64,000 nt of DNA, taken from NCBI RefSeq assembly GCF_009834535.1, contig NC_045696.1, positions 18,912,001 to 18,976,000 of the forward strand, written 5' to 3'. The number at the start of each line of letters is the position of its first letter. Position 1 is the first letter of the stretch. Both the position numbers and the translations under genes were made by a program. Below are positions 26,597 through 39,769 of the stretch, in pieces. The stretch is from Camelus ferus (lineage: Eukaryota). A model generated the notes under the pieces. The model did not search any database, was not told where the DNA came from, and was given only the letters and a program-made list of their open reading frames with translations.

Positions 26597-26954
26597 CTGT
26601 GCCAAAAAATTCATAGACTCTTGATAGCAGGTTATATTGTCCAATGAGAAATTAAATATATAATTATATTTTCTATGCACTATTTTTAGTTCTATTACTT
26701 TTGAAATTTTAATGATAAAGAGAGCGTCCATAATTATAATTTTTAAAAAATCAAGCTTTTTCTTTGAGAATTGATCACAAACTTTTCACTGTAATTTATA
26801 ACACTTTAATAGAGCCCAAAATATAAACACAGACTTCTTTTCATTAAAGGCATGGTATAAATATTAATTTATATAACTGTCATTATTAGATACATATTTC
26901 ATTATAGATGGACTATAATACAGTGAATCTCTCCATGTATAAAATGTCATTAAA

Positions 26955-27925
26955 AAATTACTGTTAGATCTAAAGCGAGAATTTGACAGCAACACAATAA
27001 TAATAGAGGAATTTAACACACCTCTAACACACATAGAAGGAATGTACCTCAACATAATAAAAGCCAAATATGACGCACCCACAGATAACATCATAATTAA
27101 GGGTGAAAATCTGAAAGCTAATCCCTGTAAGACTGGGAACTAGACAGAGTCCAGTCTTGCCACTCTTACTCAAAATAGTATTGGGAAGTCCAGGCCAGAG
27201 CAATCGGGCAAAAAGATAAATAAGAAAGATAAATTAAGGAGACAATCCCTATTTACAATGGCAACAAAAAGAATGAAATACCTAGGAATAAAACTAAGAA
27301 GGTAAAAGACCTGTACACACTGAAAACAATAAGACATTGTTGGAAGAAATTGAAGCCGACACAAATAAATGGGAAGATAGTCTGGGCTCACAGATTAGGA
27401 GAATGAACATTGTTAAAATGTCTGTAGTGCCTAAAGCAATCTACAGATTCAGTGCAATCCCCATCAAAATCCCAAGGACATTTTTCACAAAAATATAACA
27501 CAAAATTCTAAAATTTATATGGAAGCACACAAGACCTCAAATAGGCAAAGCAATTCTGTGACAAAAGAACACAGCTACAGGTATCACACGCCCTGATTTC
27601 AAACTATATTATGAAGCTATAATGATTAGAATAGCATGGTATTGACAGAAAATCAGATATGTGATTAATGGAACAGAAGAGAGCCCAGAAATAGACCTAC
27701 ACATATGTGGACAATTAATTCATGACAAAAGAGCAAAGAACATGCAATGGAGAAAGTATACTCTCTTCTATAATTAGTGTTGGAGAGAAACTGGACAGCC
27801 ACATACAAAAAAATAAAATTAGACTATTCTCTCACACCATATGCAAAATCAACTCAAAACAAATTAAGGACTTAAATGTAAGACTTGAAATCATATAATT
27901 CCTAGAAGGAAACAGATAGTAAGCT
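26955..27925 (+). mobile_element. Internally deleted L1 ORF2 fragment
   Basis: Translates to DLKREFDSNTIIIEEFNTPLT (endonuclease) joined to IEGMYLNIIKAKYDAPTDNII (RT), then post-RT ORF2 sequence. Confidence 0.9.
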
Positions 27926-28464
27926 TTTTTTTTCATTGTATTTTTAAAAATTTCATTTATATTTTAATTTTTATTGAATTATAGTTGGTTTAAAATATTA
28001 TATTAGTTTCATAGTGATTCAGTATATTTATAGATTATACTCCATTTAAAATTATTGTAAATTATTGGCTATATTCCCTGTTCTGTATAATATATTCTTG
28101 TAGCTTATTTATTTTATGCACAGTAGTTTGTACCTTTTAAACTCCTACGTCTATCTTTCCCCACGCCCTTCCCTCTCTCCACTGGTAACTACTAATTGTT
28201 CTCTGTGTCTGTGAATCTGTTTCTGTTTTGTTATATTCATTTGTTTTTGTTTTTTTGATTCCACACATAAGTGGTAACACAAAATATTTTCTTTCTCTGT
28301 CTTGGCATTTCACTAAGCATAATATCCTGCAGGTATATCCATGTTTTGCAAAAGGCAAAATTTTATTCTTTTTTATGGCTGGGTAATACTCCTATGTCTG
28401 TATATCTACACACACACATACCCCTCACATCTTCTTTATGCATTCATCTGTTGATGGACACTTC
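27926..28464 (-). mobile_element. L1 3' end, tail-to-tail with the preceding L1
   Basis: T-rich tail, then TTTTTATTGAATTATAGTTGGTTT...GATTCCACACATAAGTG...CATCTGTTGATGGACACTT. Confidence 0.9.
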
Positions 28465-29313
28465 TATTATATTACTCCTACTTTTCTGCTCCTTTGAATC
28501 TTTAGCTTCCAAGCACTCAGATAACTCTGTAGTCCTCAGTTGAGGAAGGTTTTCTCAGAGTGAGCTTGAGTAGAGAGAGATATGGTTGTAAAAAATAACT
28601 TCCCCCAAGATGCTGTGGCTTCTATATAAAAACCTAGAAGCTGTCTACCCTAGCCCACCAGTAACGTATCAGGCACTGAATATTCATCACCTGTTGCCTC
28701 TTCTGCCAACATCCTGATAGTCACTCTCATAGCCCTATCAGACCAGGATATACAGCCAAGAAAGCTTAGGCAGAATACACTGTCATGGTCCCAGAGCACA
28801 GAGCCCAGTGGAGGAGAGTGCAGAGGGAAATGGGAGGGGGAGGGTGGAGTAGGAGGAGAAAACGGGAGACCAAGCCAGAAACAGAAACACTTTGGCATGA
28901 ACATTTAGTTGAGCTTTCACCTGTGTTCCTCTTTGGGGGTACACAGGACTCTGGAATCCCTTTTATGGTTGGTAAGAGCAGAACAGGGTGGTAGTGAGCA
29001 CAGTGGAAGAGGGGAGAAGAGTCAGGGAAGGATGTGGAGTTTACCAGCTCCAAGGCTCTCTGTCCTGCTTGTTCTTGACTCCTTTATATCTCCTAGAGTT
29101 TTCCATTTTGAAGATGACTTCCCCCAGGGTTCCAAGGGAGAAGTGGGAATTTAATCCTCTTTTCTATTTGAATCCATAAGTCTATGGATGTAAAGATATT
29201 TTTCATAACTAAGACTTCCAAATGCTAATATTCCAGACCTTAAAATGGATTAGTGTCCTTTCAAAGAACTTCTCTACCTACAATTATTTTGCAAACTCAC
29301 ATGGCTGTTTCCT

Positions 29314-29765
29314 TGTCAATTATATATTGCCACACTATTGTTGCATAACTAACAATCATGCAACTTTACGTACATAGGGCAGTAAACTTTTACTTAGCTC
29401 AGGATCTGAAGGGATTATGTTGTCTAGGGGGCTCTGCTGAGTGTTGGTAGTATTTTTATCGATCTGTGATGGCTTTACCTAAGACACATGCTAGTTCATG
29501 TATTTCTCATACTTCACCTGGGACTAGTGTGGGTATAGCAAAGGGCAGGAGCAGAAGCAGAAATACTCAAGTGCTTTTTCTTGTCTCTATTGTGTTCTAT
29601 TTATTAACATTCCAAAGTGAGACACTTGACTTTGACTGAACCCAGAGACCAGAGTTGGTGCAGAAGACTCTGCCCCAGTTTAGAGTACGTTTAAGGTTCC
29701 ATGCTGAATGATGCAGGTTCAGGAAAAGGTAAAGGGTTAAATCCAGTAACATAATCGATTCAGCA
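29314..29765 (-). mobile_element. MaLR LTR (MLT1G/H-like)
   Basis: TGTCAATTATATATTGCCACA...TTGCATAACTAAC start and TTTCTCATACTTCACCTGGGACTAGTG. Confidence 0.55.
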
Positions 29766-29989
29766 AATCTTTTATTCTTGGGGTTAGGAAGATGTCTACT
29801 TCTTGAATTCTTCATCCATAATTATTCATTTTAAAACACTATGCCCAGTGTTGTTCAGTTTCTTCAAATAAAGGAAAGTCAATAATTCTGGAGAATGTGT
29901 GTTTTTCCCTTTTCCTTTTCGAAAAGTTATAGTTTAGCTCTTGCCAGTAATGTGACTTTTTGTGGGGAGAAGTGTGTATATGTATTTTC

Positions 29990-30615
29990 TCATCCATCAT
30001 TAAACTAATTCAGTCCTGTGCATTCCCCTGCAGCGGCTTCAGACCAGTCTTTATGATTCCACTCTTCCTTTTCAACATTCTCCACATAGCAGCAAGAGTT
30101 ATCTTTTTGAAATATAAACCAGTTTTGTCACTCTTAAGTAGCCCTGCATCTTTGCCCATTTGCTACCATTTAAAATCCTTGCCATAATTGAGCACATCCT
30201 TCAGGACCAAGTTGATACCCACTCCTCCACCTTCCTCCTCTACTAACATCCCTCTACCACTGCACTTTGTCCCCTCTAACTGTCTGATTTCTTCAATCAG
30301 ACCAACTTATGTAATACAATCATACTTTCACTGTCCTAGCCTTCTCATTTTTTCCTTCCTCCTTAATGGAATGTCTTTTCCCAAACATTCATGAGAAAAA
30401 AAGATTTCTCCCAACTGCTATAGAAAAATAGGTCTCTGTCATCTCTGTCTCATAGCCCTAGTTAAACATTTATGAAGACTTAAGATAATTATGTTAATTA
30501 TGTCATATTTGAATCATATGGATTAATCACAGAATTTTCTTCTATTTTACTTATCTACTGATTGATGATGTAGACTTAAGCATCGCTAGAAACACTGTAA
30601 AGAAATGTTTAAATA
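29990..30615 (+). mobile_element. L2 3' region
   Basis: CATTCTCCACATAGCAGCAAGAGTTATCTTTTTGAAATATAAACCAG. Confidence 0.65.
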
Positions 30616-31559
30616 ACTGCAGTCTAATAAAAATTCAAAAAGCAGGCAATGATGAGCAAAGGCTTGAAAAGTTAGATAATTAGAAGAATCCAAAAGATAT
30701 CATAACTATGATATTCCAGAGCAATGGAGAGCAGCAAGCAAATTAAATGATTTGGGAGTGTTATTTTTGCAACATCTATTCTAACATTAAGGGGATTCAT
30801 TTCAAAAGAATGTTATAGAATTTGTTCATGAGCAAGTATGGGTAACTCTGGAGATGTCAGGAAAGAACAAAAGGCTGTGTGTGATTTTTATAAGAATATC
30901 ATGTCTACAGTGATGAAGATAAGGTTAATCTTAAGCTGGCAGCTATGACTACACATTGTGTGTGAACTCTTTTGTATCCACAGGCTTATGAAGACCAGGG
31001 AAAGCGGAGTTAAAAAAGCAGAGAGAAATGGGTGTCTTATTTTTCTCGCAAGAGTGCTAGCTTAAGAGGCTTAGAATTTTGCCTGATTTTTGGAGATGAA
31101 CATTTCTTGATAACAAATATTTGTTTTAAAGTGTTCTATATAAGTATGGAATGAAATATTTTATTTATTTTAAAATTAATTTAAAAAATTAGGTAGTTGG
31201 TGGAAAAGATTTGAACAAAGAATCAAAATGGCTGTACCAGTGTCTCTGTGATTCCCTCACTTCCTTCTCACAAACCAAGGTGAAGAAGACTATTTGCATA
31301 TCTTCTCTTCTGTGATCTTGCATCTTTCAGTGATTCCCATCATTCTGGATTGTAAGGACTTAGAACTGAATATGGCAGTTAAACATTTGGATGTGTTATC
31401 TTCCTTTTTGGGTTGATGAATACATCACCTGACATATCGGAAAACATTGAAATATAGTGACTGTTATTTCAAATGTTAAACACAGTCAGAAAATAGTTTG
31501 ACTTTTGAAACATACCTTACCAGCTAGAGGAACAGCCTGAATGTCAGGAAATGACTTAC

Positions 31560-31593
31560 TTGCAAGTAGAGACAATAGCAATGTCAGTAAATC
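31560..31593 (-). CDS. Candidate 34-nt internal exon (DLLTLLLSLLA); alternative donors extend it to 31521 or 31516
   Basis: Strong acceptor AATCTTGTTTTTTAG|G and donor CAA|GTAAGT. Phase-compatible with the neighbouring candidate exons. Confidence 0.4.
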
Positions 31594-33363
31594 CTAAAAA
31601 ACAAGATTCGCTCCAGATAATCTATAATGTAGTAATCCCAGGAGACAATCAAGAGCCGACTATACCTAAAAAATACATTGGGTCTTGGCAAAGCACTTGA
31701 AGAAAAAACTCTCTCAGGTGGAAAAAACAAGTAGACCATTAAATGAGAGGCCTAGCAGACACCTGGTCTTAAATAAACTCAATTAAATTGAATATGAAAA
31801 ATTTATTTAAGTTCAGTTGAGTTTTCTAAAAAAAACTGAATAGCAGTTAAAAATATATTTGTCTAGCAAAATGTATTTTTCTCTATTTCCATATTTACCA
31901 TATTATAATCCTTAGCTTTTGTTCTGACTGCAAAACTACTCTTTTATAGCAATATATAAGTTAACAGAACCTAGAAAAAGTATTTACTGAAATGAAAAAA
32001 AAGATGAGTAATAATTATCACTATCCTATTACTTTTATTATATGTATTATAACATTTCTTATAACCATTATACGATTACTAAAGAATGTCTTCAGTAAGG
32101 GCAGGGGTTTCGCATATATATATATGACTGAGGCCTTTTGTGCCTAGAAAAAAATCTGATCTTATTAGACACTCAAATATTTATTTCTGTATGAAGGAAT
32201 TTGCAATTGAAACACAGCAGAAGACAACCTGTGTGAGTCACAAACAACGTTGGGTGCTCTAGTAATATAATTACTCCTTTCTAAGATTAAAAAAAATTAA
32301 CTTGTTCACTTTGGAGGGAAAACAATGACACTGTTTTCTGCTTAGTGGAGGCAGGGAGGAAAAGAAGAATTTGTGAGAAGAAGATCCTTACAGCACTTCT
32401 GACTGATTTTTGACCGCTGCATCTGTATCTTTATATTTAACAAATGTAGTTTTAAATATAAGGAGATACGGTTTCATTTCTCTTATACATATATATACTT
32501 TTTCCTCATACTTTTCCTCATTTCATCTTGGCTTTCAAATGGCATCATGCAAAAGTTCTTATTTATCTACTTGAACTTTACAGAAAAAAAAAAATAATAA
32601 TCCATTGATCTGCTTTCCTTGTATCCCTACCACAGACTCAGATGACATCAACTGGTCACTTAGGGCTTCTTAGGACTTTGGTTTGTCTCTGTCCATGATG
32701 ACTCACTTTAAGATGGAAAAAAAAATCAGATTTCTAACAACTGTAATGATTCTTCACGTTTTTCCCAAATTAGTGTAAAATCCAATTATAATCTCTGCCA
32801 AAATAGATTTTTTTTTCTGGGAATAAGTGAAGCTAGTTATTGTGTAAAAGCTTTTCTATGTTTAATTGCTTGATATTATATACAGATACATAAACACTGT
32901 CACAACAAATGCTGTCACCGCTCTTTCATAGAAAATGCTTCTTCCTTAAAGTGCTCAAAAGTATGTTCATCAAAATGTTTTTAGAGTGTCTTTAAGCACA
33001 AACTATATTTCCATTCTCATGGAGAAACTTCATCTGTTGAATCTTTCTTATTTATTTATTTATGTTGGTATTATTCTCTCCACTACTCCACAGGTGCACA
33101 GGAAGAATGTATTCCTTTTCTCCTTAATCTGCACAGCAGGTGCATAATATCCACATTAGCAACGTTCCTAATATCCCCTCAAACTGAACGTTTACTAATG
33201 GAACCGTTCCCATTTTCCCCCTCGCAACACTACAAAATGGCTGCCTCTTCACAAATTTTCAAAAAAAAAATGCTGTTACTAAGATGATTTATTACCTCAT
33301 TGGTGTACTATATTTATCAACAAAACAATCGATGGCTTATCCCCAGTATTTAACAATGGGGAT

Positions 33364-33872
33364 TGTAGGGGAAGAAAATATTTACCTCCATCCTCAAGGT
33401 TCCTGGTTGGATGTGAAAAATCAATTGACAAAGACAGGTGAACAGGAGAAAAGTGTACAAATGCTTTTAATATTAAGTTTTAAGTGACATGGGAAACTTC
33501 ATAAGGAAATGACGGCCCAAAGAAAGAGTTAAGCTTGAATATTTCCTGCTAGGTTTGATGAATATTGGATAGTTTTGAAGAATATGACAGGTTAAAGAGT
33601 AGAAGGTAAATGCTGTAAGCTGGGGGAAATTTAGCAAGCCCGGTTTGTTAGGATTCTTCTCTGTGTCCCTTTGCCTTCAGAGATAAGGGTGCTCCTTTCT
33701 TCCAGTATAAGAAGGGCCCCTCTCACATGAGGGTTTTATGACCTGTTTCAAGAGATAAGGAGAGAGGGGGCCAAATCAACCTTCCCACTTTGGCAGGTTT
33801 GTCAAACTCCTTCAGCTTAAAATATTCAACACGCCAACGTGCCGTATTAGGCATCCTGTCCTGAGACCGTCC
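33364..33872 (-). mobile_element. ERV1 LTR (MER34-like)
   Basis: TGTAGGGG terminus. The reverse complement near 33830 reads TTGGCGTGTTGAATATTTTAAGCTGAAGGAG, like the MER34 5' part. Confidence 0.75.
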
Positions 33873-33899
33873 TGATGACTGCTTTCTTTCTGTAACCGC

Positions 33900-34820
33900 C
33901 TTCGATTGCAGTCCTCTGCTATGTCCTGGTTCTCCTCCAAAGTCACTGATAGTTCCTTTTGGTGAGGCCTTTCCAACTCCTTGGAAGATTATACATTCTC
34001 TTAAAGACCTCCATTCCTGTTGCTCCAGCCATCATGGGTGCCCTGCTGACTTTCAGGTACCCTGATGAACATGCCCAAACCCAGATTCTTGGCCTCCTGC
34101 CTCACCCACCTCCTTCTTTTTCAGTATTTCTTTGTTTTAATGAATGATGCTGCCATCTGAATAATTGCTGAAAATTTAGATTTTCTACTGATCATTTTTT
34201 AAGTGAATGCCAGGTTCTATCCATTTATCTTCTAAAATATCTCAGAAAACAATTTTCTCATCCTTATCATCACTACCAATTTAAACCTGATTTCCTGGCC
34301 TTCAGTCTTAATCAAGGTTAATAATTGTCAGAACTGTCACCAGTATGCTGCTCCTACATTGCAAAATGTATCATACTGTATTTGTTCAAAAATATTCTGT
34401 GTTTCCCAATTGCTTCAATATAACCTGCAAAATACTTCATAATTTGGACCCTCCATTCTAAAAATTTTATCCTTTGGATTCATTGCTAGATTCTATTTTC
34501 CTGAGTCATTGTTTTCTGCTGCACATTTCTATATTTGCAATTGTCCTTCATGCTTGGAATGCCCTCTGCCATCCGTAGCCTCTATTTTAGCCACGTGAAT
34601 CTGAACACATGTTTTCACCTTTAGATTAACCGTGATATTTTGAGGGACGAATACTCTGATACCCCTTTTCCTCCAGAGTAATAGAATAACACATAGAGTA
34701 TTACACTTTTAAAGTCATGTGTTTATCTGTCTTTCTCTCATGAATTCTTTTGGGCCTCACCTATAATTTCTTGTTTCCAGAGCATAGTGATATAATACAT
34801 TCTTCATAACATGCTTCTTG
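33900..34820 (+). mobile_element. L2 fragment(s)
   Basis: Pyrimidine-rich L2-like motifs (TGCTTGGAATGCCCT, TGTTTATCTGTCTTTCT, TTCCAGAGCATAGTG). Confidence 0.5.
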
Positions 34821-34840
34821 ATTTTATATATATGTGTATG

Positions 34841-35265
34841 TGTTATTAAAGAAAATAAAATAATAGTCTGACGCTTGTTAAGAAATGGTTAAGGCAGACT
34901 TTATTTAAAGGGCCTGTTGCAGCAGGTGGAGGGAACACTGCAATGGAGTTCTGCAGTCAGTAAGGAGAGAGACTGGGCTCCCCTCCAGTATAACAAGAAA
35001 AAGTGGAGATTTTATAGCCAAGGAGCAAGATGGGGTAGGGGGAGGTCAGGGAATAAAAAACTATTCAGAGGAAACATCAGAGGTAACAGGATTTTGGCCT
35101 AACTGAATTCACAAGATTCTTGCTGAAGGCAGGTCAGGGTGATCAGATGTGACCTGGAAGATGCTGGAGGATAAGAAACATGATCCGATATCAATGGTGA
35201 TAAGATATTGAGGAAGAGAGATTCTGGCTAAAATGATTTAGCAGGATTTGTGCTAAAATGTGATA
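34841..35265 (-). mobile_element. ERV1 LTR (MER31-like), truncated
   Basis: AAGGCAGACTTTATT...GAGAGAGACTGGGCTC...TTTATAGCCAAGGAGCA. Confidence 0.75.
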
Positions 35266-35269
35266 AAAT

Positions 35270-35530
35270 TGTATTTACGTATAACCCATGCATGTCTTCT
35301 TGTATACTTCAAAATCATGTCTAGATTCCATATAATATCTCATACAATGAAAATGCTGTGCATATTAGTAGCTGTAAATACAATGTCAGTGCTATGTAAA
35401 TAGTTGCTAGCCTGCAGCCAATTCAAGTTTTACTTTTTGAAACTTTGGGAATTTCTTTCTTTTTGAATATTTTCAATTTATGGTTGGTTGAACCCATAAA
35501 TGCTGAATCTGAAGATATGGAGGGTCAACT
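35270..35530. mobile_element. MER2-like Tigger MITE (partial)
   Basis: Ends GGTTGGTTGAACCCATAAATGCTGAATCTGAAGATATGGAGGGTCAACTA followed by TA. Confidence 0.75.
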
Positions 35531-36270
35531 ATATATTATATAAATATATTAGATATGTTGTATCTAATCAATGTATATACAGATCTATCTACATGTCTTT
35601 AATATATATGTATATATATTTATATTATATATGCATATGTATAATGCACTTAGGGCAAAATTGGTAATTCTAAAGTGACATTAAAAGGAAGAAACATGTA
35701 AATATATATTCTGAAGCAAAAATATTCTTTCAATGACATTTAGGAGACAAACTAAATTAGTATTTTTGTAGTACAGTTTCACTTTATATAAAAAATACTA
35801 TTGTTATAGCCATTTAATTTTTAGACATTCTTTAAAATATTCTATTGAATTGGGAACATGAGTCCCAATTAGTGACGTTTGCTAGTAATAGATATTAACT
35901 CAAACCAACTTCTAAAAACATTTGAAATAAAATAAGACCAAAAAAAAAAAAAAAAGCCACCTTGGCTCATGAAGGAAAGCCAAAGGGGCTTTATTCCAAA
36001 TGAAATTCAAATCAAATAGTATCATTGAATGTTTGCCCTTCAGCTAAACTTTTATACACATTTATACATACACGGACACACATGACTACCTACGCATTCT
36101 CACAAAGGCACACCCTAAAACTTTTCTCTGTTTCAGCTCTGAATTTTTCTGCACTGTTCTCTTTCAGGCAATTTGTTCCACATTGTTTGTGAAAGTGTCC
36201 TTTGTCCCTTTAGACATATGGCATCTTTAGCACTCCATCAGGAAAAGAATTCTGGCCCTGCCTGACTTAC

Positions 36271-36338
36271 CGGTACAATCAATGTATCCAAGGAGATAGG
36301 ATGCACACAAGATAGGCCAGCCTGGGTTTCATATGCAT
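36271..36338 (-). CDS. Candidate 68-nt internal exon (xAYETQAGLSCVHPISLDTLIVP)
   Basis: Donor CCG|GTAAGT and acceptor TCTTGCCTTTCATGGCATAAAG|. Only one frame is open, and it ends in phase 0. It lies in a repeat-free block. Confidence 0.4.
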
Positions 36339-38239
36339 CTTTATGCCATGAAAGGCAAGAGCATGAGATTGATAGCATCAGCCTAATTACATGGAGAAAT
36401 GGAGAGGCAGTTCCTCAAAGGATGCAAGGAAGCCAAAACACAGACAATATATACTTCGTGTATTTATTTCCCAATTTCACTTCATGGATGAAACTGACAA
36501 ATTGATAGATTAATGTTACTGCACTCAATGACTGTAGGAACAGGTTATTCCCAGGTTTGATGAGGCCAATGCTGCTTGTATGAAAATAACTTATTACACA
36601 TTCTCTAAAAGATTTTACCTTCTAGCACATAGAAAATAATGCTATAATTCTCATATCCTTGAATCCCATGTGATTAAAATAAATAAGGGTAGTATTTCAG
36701 TCACTCAATTAAGCTCTTATTGAAACTGGAGGGGTGTCTAAGATTTACATAAAATACATGGAATAGCTTCTGACAGATTGTCTAAATTATTGGTATGTCT
36801 CAACTTAAATAATTATTTCCCATTCTCAAATCATTCCTAAAGAACAATGTGGCATTCAGCTAACGGGTCCAGTCACTTTTCATACACAACACCCCCAGCA
36901 ATCGGAAAAATATCAAACACCTGAAACAATCACATGCCTGAAATGATCACATCTTCCAAAAAGAAGCATATTATATATTTGTTATTAGTTTTTTTTAAGA
37001 CTAAGGAGCACTAAGCAGGTAAGTAATATTAAAGCTAAGGAGAAGCTAGTCAAATTTAATAGGAAGCACTGTGTTGGTTAAAAATGAAAGGGCCATTTGT
37101 TATGTGCCATGTATGAAAAGAAAGGCAGGTGGTTTAATTATGAATCTGAACTTCTTGAGCTTGACATTTATCTCCTTGGTGCATAATTTTTTAAAGCAGT
37201 AACCCATGCAGTATAATACAAGGATGCTAAACTATGTAAACTCGCACACACACAAGATACCAACTAAGAGCACAATTCAATTATGGATAAATTACCGAAA
37301 GAGTTTTGTCATAGAGAAAACTTATTATCTTTACACTAAATATGTAAATAATGCAGTACACTTATTGAAAGAGGAACGAATAAAGGCTCCTAGATCAAAT
37401 GTCTGTCACAAAATGTCATGCATTTCCATATTCTTATCAAACTGCCTTGATGTCATTATCAAAAGTAATAATACTATTCATTTTTATAGCTATTAATCAC
37501 CATAGCACAGAAAAGCAAAGTAGAATGCAAGGATATGGTCACATGTGTGACCTTGGATGCTTCTACCCGACGTTCTTTTTAACCTGCACGTTTTCTCAGA
37601 AATGACATTTAAAATATAAAATATTCCTGATAAAATAAGAAGGATAGTATAGAAGAATCCTTTATGGTAAATATTTCAAATAAGGAAATTATGTGGCTTT
37701 AAAATTTTTTTAAATGATGCTATCTCTTTACCATATATCCATGTTTTCTTGCCAAGGAAATAATTTTTAATATAAAATAAGTAAAAAAAGTAATACGCCT
37801 ATCTTGTTAATTTGAAATCTCGTATACTTATGTTGATTTTCTTCTTTTGAGATTTAGCTGGCTTAAAAGCATTCCTGGTCACATTATTCTGCATACAAAA
37901 ACCTGAAATAGCTTCTATATCTAAACTCAGTAATCTAGTGTGTGGGGGGGGTGGGTGTGTGTGTGCGCGCAAGTATGGTCTTATTTTACCTTTCATTCCT
38001 CTTAGCTTTTTCCCAGCTGGATTTTTTTCTTTTTTTCTCCTCTAGACTTAAATTATAGGTTCAAAATCCTTTGCCTTTACTTGTTTAACTAGTTGGATTA
38101 TGATTTTATCTATTGAAATATGTCTAATATCAGAGAGGCAAGAAAAGAAATAATGCCACATTCTTAATTACTATTAACTGGAAATGTTTGTCCTCTGAAC
38201 TCTCATAACTCTGTATCTGTACTTATGATATCACCCGTC

Positions 38240-38700
38240 CTGAAACTGTATTTTATGGAGTAGCTACTGTTTGCCAGGCCATGTACTTGGGCACTTCTGA
38301 TACAAAGATGATGGGAATTTGAATCTGATGTGCTTGGATTAAGAATTGACTAGCCTTGGGATAGAGACAGACAGCTGTAGAAATAACTGATAGGAATGAT
38401 TACAATATGCTTGTAAGCCTGCTAGAAAGGAAGACAGTTATGTCTGACGAGGATCTCACAGATGGCCGAGAGGAAAGGTGACCTTTGTGAAAGAAATGCC
38501 AACCAAAGAAAAGTACGTGGGTAGAAAAATGGAGGCCTTGAACGTCAGAATGGGTGCTGGGAAGAGCATCCAGTGGCTGTGGCTGGAGTGCAAAGTAATT
38601 GGTTGTGGCTGGGAGAGGGAGGCAGCAGATGGGACTGAAAACATAAACTGAAGCAAAAATGCAATGAGCCTTATTCTTTATACTGAAGAGAGGAATGACA
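38240..38700 (-). mobile_element. L2 fragment
   Basis: AGCTACTGTTTGCCAGGCCATGTACTTGGGCACT...CAGTGGCTGTGGCTGGAGTGCA. Confidence 0.65.
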
Positions 38701-38912
38701 TTATTATAAACACCAAAATTGAGAGCCTCTGTAGTACTTGGCATAGAGAAGAGACTTGAAATCATCTAGAAAAATTAACTGTGGAAGCCATATTGATGAA
38801 AAATTAACTGACAAAAAATGTAAAATCAAAGCAGTACATGAGAAAGGCATTGGTTGCCTTTATCCCACTGAAAGATCATGAGACCATAAAAAGAACAGAA
38901 TGGAAATAATTA

Positions 38913-39363
38913 CAGGCATACCTCATTTTATTACACTTCGGTTTATCGCTCTTTGCAGATACTGTGTATTTTACAGATGGAAAGTTTTTGGCAACCCTGC
39001 AACAAACAAGTCTATCAGCACCATTTTTTCCCAAGGGCATGTGCTCACTTCATGTCTCCATGTCACATTTTGGTTATTCTCACAGTATTTCAAAACCTCT
39101 ACCAGCAGAAGAATTACAACTTGTGGAAGGTTCAGGTGATGGTTAGCATTTTTTAGCAATAAAATATTTTTAAATTAAGGTCTGTGTATTGGGTTTTTTT
39201 AAACCATAATGTGACTGCACACTTAATGGACTACAGTATAGTGTTGAAATAACTTTTATATGCACTGGGAAACCAACAAAATTCATGAGACTTGCTTTAT
39301 TGCTGTATTCACTTTCTTTCAGTGGTCTGGAACTAAACCCTCAGTATCTCTGAGATGCGCCCG
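38913..39363 (+). mobile_element. Tigger1 non-autonomous deletion derivative (Tigger1a-like) with both ends
   Basis: Left end TA|CAGGCATACCTCATTTTATT. Right end GGTCTGGAACTAAACCCTCAGTATCTCTGAGATGCGCCCG (degenerate TIR). Confidence 0.88.
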
Positions 39364-39769
39364 CAGTCAGCAGATGTCTTATCTGTCAAGTTAATAAATT
39401 TGCTCCTTGATTACTTGGTAGAGGTTTCCAAAAATAGGACCAAAGTCTCCTCCTAAGGTTTCTTGTTTCAAGATTTGAGGAGACAATGGTATGACTAAAA
39501 CTTCACAGAAATTTGAACTGATGTTGCCACATAGATTGGCAAGAGACTAGCGAGAAGAATGGGTATGTTGCAAGCTCTCACCACATAGAGTTTGAAGTAC
39601 CTGCTCGTATTTTTGTATCAATGACTGATAGATAATTCTTAGTCTATCTCACAAGAGGATGTTCTGATGAGAACTTCATCAGACTTAGAACCATTGGGGA
39701 TTCTTTGTAATGAGGGTGACTAAAGAAAAAAAAAAAAAGCAGAACTAGGCTAACACATTATTGAATGTG

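Noticed and set aside
26955..28464. A single twin-primed (5'-inverted) L1
   Set aside because: The poly-T tail lies at the internal junction rather than the outer end, which fits two separate insertions.
32621..32706. Minus-strand exon candidate with a good acceptor
   Set aside because: Stops occur in all three frames and the donor is weak.
39663..39683. TCTGATGA-N5-TCATCAGA hairpin
   Set aside because: An 8-bp inverted repeat is expected by chance in 64 kb, and there is no snoRNA or terminator context.
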